Counted from the stretch's first letter, positions 42,688-51,691 are shown. The stretch is DNA of 64,000 nucleotides from an uncultured Candidatus Saccharibacteria bacterium (GCA_964602865.1 CAZRSX010000004.1:20388-84387), one strand, 5' to 3'. The notes: generated from the sequence alone by a model not told the origin. A program made the numbers and translations.

Positions 42688-43044
42688 CTACTCAACCTCT
42701 GACGCAATTTCAGCACGAATCTCATCTTGCATATCAGACGCAACACCGTCCAGTTTTTCGTTGATACCGACTTCCATCCGGCCGGCAACCTCGTCAACCG
42801 CCGGCGCAATTTCTTGGCCAAGCGAAGCTTGTATTTCGGGCGTGCCTTTCCTGACAATACTCTCGGCCGCATCGTCTTTCAGCCGCTGGCCGGCAACATA
42901 GACACCTGCGCCCACTGCCGTGCCGATTGCCGTTGCTGCAAATAAGACTTTAGCGACAAAGACACCGCAACGGCGCAAACGCTGCGGCCGCTCAACACGC
43001 TCAATACTTTCACCTACCTCTGGCGCCGTTTCAACTAGGGTCAT
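42688..43044 (-). CDS. Hypothetical small membrane protein, translationally coupled to the XRE gene
   Basis: 118 aa, one TM segment (VLFAATAIGTAVGAGVYVAG); 4-nt overlap with the upstream gene. Confidence 0.4.
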   Translation of the reverse strand: MTLVETAPEVGESIERVERPQRLRRCGVFVAKVLFAATAIGTAVGAGVYVAGQRLKDDAAESIVRKGTPEIQASLGQEIAPAVDEVAGRMEVGINEKLDGVASDMQDEIRAEIASEVE

Positions 43045-43553
43045 TGTTCGGCTGGTTCGCTGAGCAGTCGCGGCTGGGCAGGTTTTTGTGCCGCCTCAAT
43101 TGTTGTTATTAGTTTTTCACAAAGCGCCTGGCTCATGCCAATACGCGAAATCGGCATGGCTTGGCCATTGGGGCCAGGCTGCAAGAAGCTCACCACCACG
43201 CCGTGTTCGCTGACCGTCACCTCAACATTATCGGCGTACATCACTTGTGTGTTCAGCGGCATGAGCATAAAAATCTGCTTGGCCATTTGCTCGTCAAACG
43301 GCTGATCTTGAGCTTCTTCTTTGTAGCCGGCCAGCGCTAGTAGCCGCCTCGCTTCAGACTCATCGACATCAAAATGGCTCATCAGTAGCACCAGAATATC
43401 CTCGCTTGGATTCTCAGCCCCCGTTTCAATTCGTTGCAAGGTATCAATATCAATCTCAACGGCGCCGGAAACCTCAGCCAGACTTTCGTTCAGCGTTTCG
43501 CGCTTGTGTTTGAGGTATTCACCAATTTTGTTGTGCGATCCTTTGTCTCTCAT
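43041..43553 (-). CDS. XRE-family helix-turn-helix protein
   Basis: IGEYLKHKRETLNESLAEVSGAVEIDIDTLQRIETG. Confidence 0.7.
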   Translation of the reverse strand: MRDKGSHNKIGEYLKHKRETLNESLAEVSGAVEIDIDTLQRIETGAENPSEDILVLLMSHFDVDESEARRLLALAGYKEEAQDQPFDEQMAKQIFMLMPLNTQVMYADNVEVTVSEHGVVVSFLQPGPNGQAMPISRIGMSQALCEKLITTIEAAQKPAQPRLLSEPAEQ

Positions 43554-43653
43554 CCCTACGGTCTATACTACGTCCGTGTCAGCACCGATTCAAGCTCAAG
43601 CGTCAATTTTTGCACGTTTTACAACAGTTCTCAATGTGCGTAGAATAAAAGCA

Positions 43654-43936
43654 ATGAATCCCGTTAGAGCCATGATGTGCTATGTATATGTACTTCTGAA
43701 TACCAAGGGACAATTTTATATTGGTTGTACCTCAGACTTGAAAAGACGTATCGCTGAGCATAACAGTGGCAAAAGTACATATACGAAAACAAGAGGTCCG
43801 TATCGGCTTATTTATTACGAAGCTTGCTTAAATAGTCAGGATGCATTTGCAAGAGAACGATACCTTAAGTCAGGTATGAGCAGGCGATACATCAAGAACC
43901 GTACAAAACACTTCAGAGAGGCTCTAACGGGATGAA
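43654..43936 (+). mobile_element. GIY-YIG cassette bounded by 13-bp inverted repeats and ATGAA direct repeats
   Basis: ATGAA-TCCCGTTAGAGCC (43654-43671) ... GGCTCTAACGGG-ATGAA (43920-43936). Confidence 0.55.
43672..43935 (+). CDS. Small GIY-YIG nuclease family protein (UPF0213-like)
   Basis: YVYVLLNTKGQFYIGCTSDLKRRIAEHNSGK...LIYYE...A.ARERYLK. The upstream in-frame ATG at 43654 is also possible. The TGA stop overlaps the murB ATG (ATGA). Confidence 0.8.
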   Translation: MMCYVYVLLNTKGQFYIGCTSDLKRRIAEHNSGKSTYTKTRGPYRLIYYEACLNSQDAFARERYLKSGMSRRYIKNRTKHFREALTG

Positions 43937-44951
43937 CATACAAAAAAACGTCTCGCTGGCTCAGTATTCCACCATGCGCTTGGGCGGCACCGCGCGCTTT
44001 TTGTGCGACATAACCAACAAAGACGAACTGCAAAAAGCCTTAGTCTTCGCCAAGGAACAGGACGTTAACACCATCATGATCGGCTCTGGCAGCAACATCA
44101 TCTGGCGTGGCGACTACGATGGATTGGTTGTGGTAAACAGATTACGTCATTTTCGTAAAAAGGTGGTAGGCAAAAATACCGCCCAATTTACCATCGGCGC
44201 GGGCGAAGAGTGGGACGACGTCGTGAAGCGGACAGTCGATGTGGGCTACAGTGGTATCGAGTTTCTGTCGCTCATTCCTGGCACGGCTGGCGCGACGCCG
44301 GTGCAAAACGTTGGTGCCTACGGCTGCGAAATCAAAGACACTCTGGTATCTGTCGGTGTCTACGATACCAAGGCCCAAAAGTTCGTCACCATACAGGCAA
44401 GCGACTGCCAGTTTGGCTACCGCACCAGTCGATTCAAAACCACCGACAAAGGTCGGTTTTTTATCACCAGCATCACGCTCCGGCTCACCAAAACGCATCC
44501 TTCCCCACCGTTTTATGCGTCGCTGCAAGCCTATTTTGACGCCCATAGCATCACCACCTTCACGCCAGCCGTGGTGCGCGAGGCAGTCATTGCGGTGCGC
44601 ACCAAAAAGCTGCCCGATCCCGATGTGGTCGCCAACAACGGCTCGTTTTTCGCCAACCCGGTTATCAGCAAGAGTGCATTTGCCGCGCTCGAAATCAGAC
44701 ACCCCGCCATTGCCCACTGGCCAGCTGGTGATAGGGTCAAAATTTCAGCGGCCTGGCTCATTGAGCAGGCCGGATTTAAAAACGTTCATGATAGTGAGAC
44801 TGGCATGGCCACCTGGGACAAGCAGCCACTGGTGCTTATCAACGAACATGCCCGCTCAACCGACGATTTGCTGACTTTTAAAGCCAAGATTGTCAGCGCC
44901 GTGCATAGCAAATTCGGCATCACGCTCGAACAAGAACCCGAACTTATCTAA
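43932..44951 (+). CDS. murB: UDP-N-acetylenolpyruvoylglucosamine reductase
   Basis: FAD-binding MurB pattern: SLAQYSTMRLGGTARF...IGSGSNI...GIEFLSLIPGTAGATPVQNVGAYG...GYRTSRF. Confidence 0.9.
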   Translation: MNIQKNVSLAQYSTMRLGGTARFLCDITNKDELQKALVFAKEQDVNTIMIGSGSNIIWRGDYDGLVVVNRLRHFRKKVVGKNTAQFTIGAGEEWDDVVKRTVDVGYSGIEFLSLIPGTAGATPVQNVGAYGCEIKDTLVSVGVYDTKAQKFVTIQASDCQFGYRTSRFKTTDKGRFFITSITLRLTKTHPSPPFYASLQAYFDAHSITTFTPAVVREAVIAVRTKKLPDPDVVANNGSFFANPVISKSAFAALEIRHPAIAHWPAGDRVKISAAWLIEQAGFKNVHDSETGMATWDKQPLVLINEHARSTDDLLTFKAKIVSAVHSKFGITLEQEPELI

Positions 44952-45083
44952 TATTTTCTGCGGGGCGGCCAGACCAAGCCGTATTCACTCCAGAACACTT
45001 AACTACACCACTCCTATCTGTTATATTACTAGTAAGCTTATGCAGTTTTTTGTGAACACAGTAATGACCAGGAGATATGGCTA

Positions 45084-46655
45084 GTGGCGCGGTTGCCGGT
45101 ACCGGGCAACGATGACGGAGCATGGGGTGATATCCTCAATGATTTTTTGAGTGTCGAGCTTAATGCTGACGGTACGTTAAAGAAAGCCTCGGCTATCACT
45201 TCGGCCCAAAACGCTGCTAATAACGCGTTGCCGAAATCTGATGTTGACACTGACATAACACTAGCCGCCAACAGCGACGATAAAGTTGCCAGCCAACGTG
45301 CCATAAAAACGTACGTTGACAACCAAGTTGCCAGCGGCGCCCCCGACGCGACCAGCACCACCAAAGGTAAACTACGCCTTGCTGGTGATCTCAGCGGCAC
45401 GGCTGACGTGCCGACCGTACCGGCGCTGGAACACAAGGTCAACCTGGCCGGCGACACCATGACCGGCAAGCTCACCGTACCGAGCCTTCAGGTGTCAGGC
45501 GGATCGCCAACCACCGGCTACGTCCTGATGAGCGACAATGTCGGCAATGCCACCTGGAGCCCGGTACCAAGCGCCCCGGTAACCAGCGTGGCCGGTAAAA
45601 CCGGTGTCGTAACGCTGGTAAAGGCCGATGTCGGCCTGGCAAATGCCGATAACACCTCCGACGCCAATAAGCCAATCTCCTCTGCCACGCAAACCGCGCT
45701 CAACGCTAAAGAAAATACCGCCAACAAAGGCCAGCCGAACGGCTACGCCAGCCTCGATGGTAGCGGCACAATCCCGGTTGCCCAGCTGCCCAACCAATCC
45801 GGCTCGTATATCCCTATCACCGCCAAGGGTGCCGCCAACGGCGTGGCCGAACTCGATGGCAACACGCGCCTGCCAACTGCCCAGCTGCCAAGCACCATAC
45901 CATTTGCCAATCTGCCGGTTGGCACCAGCGGCAGCACGGTTACAGCCGGCAATGATTCCCGGGTAGTAAACGCTATTCAAAGCTCCGCGCTCGACACCGA
46001 TAACACCCTGGACGCCAGCAGCGACTCTCGCATTGCCACCCAAAAAGCCACCAAGGAATACGTCGACAACCAGATTGCCAGCGGCACCGCGCCTGATGCC
46101 ACCACCACGACCAAAGGTGTCGTGCAGCTCACTGGCGACTTGAGCGGAACGGCAACCGCACCGACAGTCGTAGCTGCGGCTGGTGTTAAAAGCGCCACCA
46201 CCACCGTGACAACCAGCGGCGCAACGGCGCCAAGCAGCGGGCAATTTTTACGTGCCAGCAATAGCACCACCGCCACCTGGCAGGCTATTCCGCGAACGTT
46301 TGGCTGGTATTTCAACGACGAAGTAACAGTCGGCGACGCCCAGGGGCCAATCTACCGTCTGGACGCCAATGCGACAATCCTCGGCTGCGACATCAACGCC
46401 AAGGGTCCGCCGGCTCTGACCGCAGAGTTTGATATTAAGATCGCCAACGCAGCAACCGGACCCTTTAACTCCATCTTTTCTGCAACCCCAAAGATTACCG
46501 GCGGCGAATACGTGGCAGCCGGCAGCACGCTGTCGACGACAAATGTCAACGCCGGCATTTTTATCCGTTTTGATGTTATTGACCCCGGCGATGACAGCAT
46601 GGGCGAAAACGCCGCTGCCGGCATCACCGTTCAGCTAAGGTTACAAACACGATGA
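45084..46655 (+). CDS. Phage tail-fibre / minor-tail-like protein
   Basis: N-terminus LPVPGNDDGAWGDILNDFLSVELNADGTLK. Repeated ATQKATKEYVDNQIASG..DATTTTKG..QL.GDLSGTA..PTV. VAGKTGVVTLVKADVGLANADNTSDANKPIS. Confidence 0.7.
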   Translation: MARLPVPGNDDGAWGDILNDFLSVELNADGTLKKASAITSAQNAANNALPKSDVDTDITLAANSDDKVASQRAIKTYVDNQVASGAPDATSTTKGKLRLAGDLSGTADVPTVPALEHKVNLAGDTMTGKLTVPSLQVSGGSPTTGYVLMSDNVGNATWSPVPSAPVTSVAGKTGVVTLVKADVGLANADNTSDANKPISSATQTALNAKENTANKGQPNGYASLDGSGTIPVAQLPNQSGSYIPITAKGAANGVAELDGNTRLPTAQLPSTIPFANLPVGTSGSTVTAGNDSRVVNAIQSSALDTDNTLDASSDSRIATQKATKEYVDNQIASGTAPDATTTTKGVVQLTGDLSGTATAPTVVAAAGVKSATTTVTTSGATAPSSGQFLRASNSTTATWQAIPRTFGWYFNDEVTVGDAQGPIYRLDANATILGCDINAKGPPALTAEFDIKIANAATGPFNSIFSATPKITGGEYVAAGSTLSTTNVNAGIFIRFDVIDPGDDSMGENAAAGITVQLRLQTR

Positions 46656-46686
46656 TACAATTAATAGTAATGAAAGGAATATTCTA

Positions 46687-47532
46687 ATGGCTGGCAGTTA
46701 CCCCGACGTCCCCGGTTATCGGTTTGCGTATGATACAGACGGCACCGTGCTTGTTAGTTGCGCGACAAACCTTGTTGGACCCATCACAACTTACGATAAC
46801 GCCTTCAAATCAATTCTTAATCAGAATAGTGCTAGTGTTCCGGCAAACCTGCCTACTTTTGGGGCTTATTTAATTTTTATCTTCCCCGAGCCTAGAACAA
46901 TTACCGGCTACTTCCTTAACATTGCCGGTGCTGGTCCACCAAACGGAATCATACAGACTTCGGACGATACTACCACCGGGCTAGATGGCACCTGGACTAC
47001 CCAAACAAACTCCTACTCTTTTATAAGTAATAGTTCTACATCACCAACCTATCGTACCAGTATCGAGCCAGTTGACTGGCAAGACATTACCGCGGTTCGC
47101 GTAGCCACTCACAACTGGGGCAACCATGCGATCCACTTCTATGGTTACATTGCCGATACCGAAAGCCCGGACAGACTACGAGTCGTCGACACCAGTGACG
47201 ACGATATTGCCGCCCAGCTTGATTTTGGTAACATCCCGCAAAGAAGCAGCGTGACGAAACAATTTAAAGTGATCAACAACAGCACTACGCAAACTGCCGA
47301 CAATATCACCGTTTCCGTTGCCGCTACAGCTCATTCAGATGCTTCGCCAACGCTGGTCGGCCAGTACCAGGTTTCTACCGACAACGTCGCCTTTGCCAAC
47401 TCTGTAAATATCGGCGATCTTGGTCCCGAAGAAAGCTCTGGCACATTATATTTGCGCAACGCTGTTGCCGATACTGCCCAGCTTGGTCTGTGGACGGCCC
47501 GCATAACCGCCAGTGCGGCGGAGTGGAGCTAA
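46687..47532 (+). CDS. Hypothetical protein co-transcribed with the tail-fibre-like gene (possible carbohydrate-binding / Ig-like domains)
   Basis: 281-aa ORF; context only. Confidence 0.4.
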   Translation: MAGSYPDVPGYRFAYDTDGTVLVSCATNLVGPITTYDNAFKSILNQNSASVPANLPTFGAYLIFIFPEPRTITGYFLNIAGAGPPNGIIQTSDDTTTGLDGTWTTQTNSYSFISNSSTSPTYRTSIEPVDWQDITAVRVATHNWGNHAIHFYGYIADTESPDRLRVVDTSDDDIAAQLDFGNIPQRSSVTKQFKVINNSTTQTADNITVSVAATAHSDASPTLVGQYQVSTDNVAFANSVNIGDLGPEESSGTLYLRNAVADTAQLGLWTARITASAAEWS

Positions 47533-47541
47533 GACGCAGGC

Positions 47542-47799
47542 ATGGCAAACTCGGGTGACGGCTACGCCTACATCTACGCAAACATTGGCGCGGCACCGCT
47601 AAACTCGCAAGTGGGGTATGCGTATACGTACCAAAACGTCGGCGCAGCGCCCGTTAACTCACAGGTTGGGTACGCCTATAGTTATGAAAACGTCGGAGCG
47701 GCGCCAGTCAACGCACAAGATGGCTATGCGTACACGTATGAGAATATTTTGCTCTATATTTTAAGCGGCTCTGATCAACTACCACCAACTATTAACTAA
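47542..47799 (+). CDS. Small repeat protein (18-aa GYAY.Y.N(V/I)GAAP(V/L)N(S/A)Q. units x3.5)
   Basis: 54-nt tandem coding repeats. Confidence 0.4.
   Translation: MANSGDGYAYIYANIGAAPLNSQVGYAYTYQNVGAAPVNSQVGYAYSYENVGAAPVNAQDGYAYTYENILLYILSGSDQLPPTIN
47560..47745 (+). repeat. 54-nt tandem repeat x about 3.4 (coding)
   Basis: Units start at 47560, 47614, 47668 and 47722. Confidence 0.8.
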
Positions 47800-47871
47800 T
47801 TGTTTGGCAAGCCCTAGTCGGGGTTAGAGAGTAGGAGTTCTAGTTTCTATTTTCTAGTTTCCGGTTGATGG

Positions 47872-49149
47872 TTAGTTGTCGCTGGGGAGGGGGAAAGCTT
47901 TGGTAAAGGCGACAACTTCGGCGTGGATTTTATCGAGCGTTGCTTCATCGTTGCGGGCTTTGATGGCACGCAGCATCCAATCGGCAATAATCGCCATATC
48001 GGATTCTTTCAAGCCGCGCGTGGTGATAGCCGGTGTACCAAGGCGGAGACCGCTGGGACGGAAGGGCGGATTGGTGTCGTTCGGAATAGCGTTGCAATTG
48101 GCGGTCAGACCAACGCGGTCCAGCACGTCTTGCGCCTGCCGGCCGTCAATGCCAAAGCTGGTGGGCATATCAATCATAATCATATGATTGTCAGTGCCGT
48201 TGGTCACTAGTTTGAAGCCGCGCTGCATCAGCTCGTCGGCCAAACGCTTGGCATTGGTAACAATCTGTTTGGCGTAGGCTTTGAAGGCGGGCGTATCGGC
48301 TTCGCCAAAGGCCACCGCTTTGGCGGCAATCGTATGCATGTGCGGCCCGCCCTGGAAACCCGGGAAGACTTCGCGGTCAATTAGCGTCGGCAAATTCTCG
48401 ACGGTTTTCTCCGGGCTTTTTAGCGGATTGCCTACCGTGCCTTTGGTGAGGATTAAGCCGCCGCGCGGGCCGCGCAAAGTCTTGTGCGTGGTGGTAGTAA
48501 TAATATGAAAGCCAAAGTCAAACGGGTTGGGCGAGACGCCGCCGGCGATCAAGCCAGCGATATGCGCCATGTCAGCCATCAGCACTGCATTCACTTCCCG
48601 ACCGATCTCGGCAAACTTGGCGTAGTCCAGGCTACGCGGATAGCCCGAAAAGCCGGCCAGAATAATCTTGGGTTTTTCTTTGAGCGCGACGTCGCGCATG
48701 GCGTCGTAGTCGATCTCCCCCGTTTCGACATCTTTGATGCCGTAGCGCACAAAGTTATACAGCTTGGCGCTGCTGGTGATAGGGTGGCCGTGCGTCAAGT
48801 GGCCGCCGTGATCAAGCTTCATGGCCATAATCGTGTCGCCTGGTTCCAACCACGCCTGATAGACCGCGATGTTGGCCGGTGCGCCGCTGTGCGGCTGGAC
48901 GTTGGCATGATCTGCCTTGAAGAGCTTTTTAGCTCGGTCAATGGCCAGCTGCTCGATCAAATCGGTGTTTTCCTGGCCGCCGTAGTAGCGCTTGCCGGGG
49001 TAGCCTTCGGAATATTTGTTGGTCAGAATGCTGCCGTTGGCAGTGAGCACATCGCGAGACACGTAATTTTCTGATGGGATCAGCTCCAAGCCTTCGCGTT
49101 GGCGTTTTTCTTCGGCTTTGATGATTTTTTCGATTTTCTTGTCGTTCAT
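47872..49149 (-). CDS. glyA: Serine hydroxymethyltransferase
   Basis: LIPSENY, YYGG, TTTTHKTLRGPRGG. Confidence 0.95.
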   Translation of the reverse strand: MNDKKIEKIIKAEEKRQREGLELIPSENYVSRDVLTANGSILTNKYSEGYPGKRYYGGQENTDLIEQLAIDRAKKLFKADHANVQPHSGAPANIAVYQAWLEPGDTIMAMKLDHGGHLTHGHPITSSAKLYNFVRYGIKDVETGEIDYDAMRDVALKEKPKIILAGFSGYPRSLDYAKFAEIGREVNAVLMADMAHIAGLIAGGVSPNPFDFGFHIITTTTHKTLRGPRGGLILTKGTVGNPLKSPEKTVENLPTLIDREVFPGFQGGPHMHTIAAKAVAFGEADTPAFKAYAKQIVTNAKRLADELMQRGFKLVTNGTDNHMIMIDMPTSFGIDGRQAQDVLDRVGLTANCNAIPNDTNPPFRPSGLRLGTPAITTRGLKESDMAIIADWMLRAIKARNDEATLDKIHAEVVAFTKAFPLPSDN

Positions 49150-49278
49150 AATAAAAATACCTCTGTTAGATTGCGGTCGCGAGTTGGTCGTACATTCCCC
49201 TAGGTCATGGTCTTATTGTACTGCATACGACCAGCTTTGACGATATGTGCACCCGAAATCCACCTGCCCAAAATACTT

Positions 49279-49308
49279 AAATAAAATTAACGGCCGCTAA
49301 TTTTATTT
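49279..49308. repeat. Hairpin H1 (aaataaaattaACGGCCGCtaattttattt)
   Basis: Near-palindrome; same core as H2. Confidence 0.6.
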
Positions 49309-49380
49309 TATATATGTCATAATTTCTTTCTGTCGTTCGCACAAATTGTAAAATAGATTTGGCGGCCGTATAATTTATTC

Positions 49381-49956
49381 ATGGCTCGTGATAAAGAAAC
49401 TAGTGCGATGATCGATGCCCTTTTGAAGTTTGCAGTAGCAGGGGGTACTATCGGAGTTGCCGTACTTGCACCGAACGCCGTGAAGGAGCTAGACAAGCCG
49501 CTCAAGCGTTTTTTTGACACAATGGATGAACGGCAAAAACAGCGGGAACTGCGAAGGCTCACCACCTATATGCGCACACGAGGACTTGTACGCGGCAGCT
49601 ATGACCATGGTCTCGTTGTCACCAAAGCGGGGCGAAAGCGGGCAGAAAAAATCGCTTTTGAGGCTCTCTCGATTCCAAGACCCGCGAAATGGGATCACAA
49701 ATGGCGTCTGGTACTTTTTGATATCCCCGAATCAAAACGCCATGCCCGTGCAGCACTGACAGCCAAACTCCGGTTGCTTGGCTTCCAAATCTTGCAGCAA
49801 AGCGTCTGGATTCACCCCTTCCCGTGTCAACAAGAGATACAAACCCTTGCCGTTCGCTACGACATCGCCGAATGGATAAGCTACATCGAAACATCGCATA
49901 TCGACTACGAAGACAGACTTATAAAACGCTTCAAAACAACGTTTATCTTAAAGTAG
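49381..49956 (+). CDS. PaaX-like / Cas2-fold domain protein, tentative
   Basis: WDHKWRLVLFDIPESKRHARAALTAKLRLLGFQILQQSVWIHP resembles the PaaX C-terminal / Cas2-like ferredoxin fold pattern. Confidence 0.4.
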   Translation: MARDKETSAMIDALLKFAVAGGTIGVAVLAPNAVKELDKPLKRFFDTMDERQKQRELRRLTTYMRTRGLVRGSYDHGLVVTKAGRKRAEKIAFEALSIPRPAKWDHKWRLVLFDIPESKRHARAALTAKLRLLGFQILQQSVWIHPFPCQQEIQTLAVRYDIAEWISYIETSHIDYEDRLIKRFKTTFILK

Positions 49957-50003
49957 TCAGCGTGCTGAGCTACCAATCGTAATTGTACTACCTACCATAC
50001 ATC

Positions 50004-50033
50004 AAATAAAACTGACGGCCGCTAGTTTTATTT
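50004..50033. repeat. Hairpin H2 (aaataaaactgACGGCCGCtagttttattt), possible terminator
   Basis: 27/30 identical to H1, with a compensatory T/A to C/G change in the stem. Confidence 0.6.
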
Positions 50034-50168
50034 GAGTGTTTCTAGTTTTATTAGTTTTATGAGAGTTGGTTGTGTTTGACAAGAGAGGTACACACAAAAC
50101 AAGAGAGATACATATAGGAGAAAAAGAAAGGACGCTATTTATTCGTTTTGTGATATAATTCGTGCCAC

Positions 50169-51689
50169 ATGAAAAGTACCAACGAGAAAATCGCTGCTTT
50201 GATTTACCAGATACGACAAGAGAGGGGTTTAACCCAGGCCGAATTTGCCAAGCGTCTCGGCACCAGCCAATCCGCCGTCAACCGCATCGAGCACGGCCGG
50301 CAAAACCTCAGCCTGGACATGCTGGGCCGGATCAGCGATGTGCTTAACAAACCACTAATCAACATATCTGAGGGCGCGGTTAACTTACGGATTGAAGGCG
50401 GCCGCGAATTATCTGGCGACATCGCCGTCAAGACCAGCAAGAACGCCGCCGTTGCCCTGCTGTGCGCCAGTCTGCTCAACAAGGGCACCACGCGGCTCAA
50501 ACGCGTGCCCCGCATCGAAGAAGTCAATCGAATTATCGAAGTGCTGCAAAGCATTGGCGTCAGCATTAAGTGGAGCGACAGTGACTTGGAAATAAAACCG
50601 CCTGCCCAGCTGAACCTGGACAAAATGGACAAGGCTGCAGCCCGTAAAACCCGCACCGTCATCATGATGATTGGTCCGCTCATGCACCATTTTGATCGGT
50701 TTAACATTCCCTATGCCGGCGGTTGTGAGCTCGGTCGCCGTACCGTGCTACCCCACTTGTACGGCCTGGAAGAATTCGGTGTCGAGGTATTCACCAAAAC
50801 CGGCCATTATCATGTTTTGGCGGACAAAAAACTGCCGAAGCGGCCCGTGGTACTGTACGAATCGGGCGACACCACCACCGAGAATATCCTCATGGCTGCC
50901 GCTGGTTTTGAGGGCGAAACTATTATAAAAATGGCCAGTGCCAACTACATGGTGCAGGATATCTGTTTCTTCCTGAAGAAACTCGGTGTCAAGATTGACG
51001 GTATCGGCACCAGTACGCTCCGAGTGCGCGGCGTCAAAAATATCAAAAAGAATGTCACCTATGCACCGAGCGAAGATCCGGTGGAAGCCATGACCTTTGT
51101 CTCGGCAGCTATCACCACCAACTCGCAGATTACCATCCGCCGCGTGCCAATTGAATTTATGGAGCTTGAGCTATTTAAGCTGGAGAAAATGGGCCTCAAA
51201 TATGCAATGGGCGAGCCATACAAAGCAGACAATGGCCAGACGAACCTAGTTGATATCACCATTCACAAGCACAACGGCAATCTGGTCGCTGCTCAAGAAA
51301 AAATCTACGGCCGGCCGTTTCCTGGCGTCAATATCGACCACGTGCCGTATTTTGTGCCGATCGCTGCTGTTGCGAAGGGTCGCACGCTGATACACGACTG
51401 GATTTATGAAGACCGGGCGCTGATGTACACCGAGATGAAAAAGATTGGCGTTGACCTCGAACTTGCCGACCCGCACCGCGCATTCGTTAACGGACCAACC
51501 CGCTTCCGCGCTGCTGATTTAGTAGCACCAAATGGTATCCGGCCGGCGGTGATGTTGCTCATCGGTATGTTGGCGGCTGAAGGTACATCGACACTACGAA
51601 ACGTCTATACTATCAACCGCGGCTACGAAGACCTGGCCGAGCGCCTCAACTCACTTGGTGCAAATATTCAAGTCGTCCACGAAGTTTAA
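50169..51689 (+). CDS. murA: N-terminal XRE HTH domain fused to UDP-N-acetylglucosamine 1-carboxyvinyltransferase
   Basis: The first 65 aa are IRQERGLTQAEFAKRLGTSQSAVNRIEHG. The rest is MurA-like (SKNAAVALL, YAGGCELGRRTV with the catalytic-loop Cys, NRGYE). Confidence 0.85.
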   Translation: MKSTNEKIAALIYQIRQERGLTQAEFAKRLGTSQSAVNRIEHGRQNLSLDMLGRISDVLNKPLINISEGAVNLRIEGGRELSGDIAVKTSKNAAVALLCASLLNKGTTRLKRVPRIEEVNRIIEVLQSIGVSIKWSDSDLEIKPPAQLNLDKMDKAAARKTRTVIMMIGPLMHHFDRFNIPYAGGCELGRRTVLPHLYGLEEFGVEVFTKTGHYHVLADKKLPKRPVVLYESGDTTTENILMAAAGFEGETIIKMASANYMVQDICFFLKKLGVKIDGIGTSTLRVRGVKNIKKNVTYAPSEDPVEAMTFVSAAITTNSQITIRRVPIEFMELELFKLEKMGLKYAMGEPYKADNGQTNLVDITIHKHNGNLVAAQEKIYGRPFPGVNIDHVPYFVPIAAVAKGRTLIHDWIYEDRALMYTEMKKIGVDLELADPHRAFVNGPTRFRAADLVAPNGIRPAVMLLIGMLAAEGTSTLRNVYTINRGYEDLAERLNSLGANIQVVHEV

Positions 51690-51691
51690 AC

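Noticed and set aside
45495-46244. Long minus-strand ORFs (45495-46244, 45038-45475, 45977-46315 and others) inside the tail-fibre-like gene
   Set aside because: These are typical GC-rich antisense open frames with low-complexity R/G/A-rich translations. The + frame carries recognisable phage-fibre repeats.
47560-47745. Regularly spaced 54-nt repeats that might suggest a CRISPR-like array
   Set aside because: The repeats are contiguous with no spacers, lie in frame inside an ORF, and encode an 18-aa peptide repeat.
49150-49380. Possible ZTP/THF-type riboswitch in the approximately 230-nt region upstream of glyA
   Set aside because: I could not find the conserved pfl/ZTP cores (GGGUCGUGACUGGCG ... 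CCGCCUGGGCA) or THF motifs. A TACAAT -10 about 70 nt from the ATG explains a short ordinary leader.
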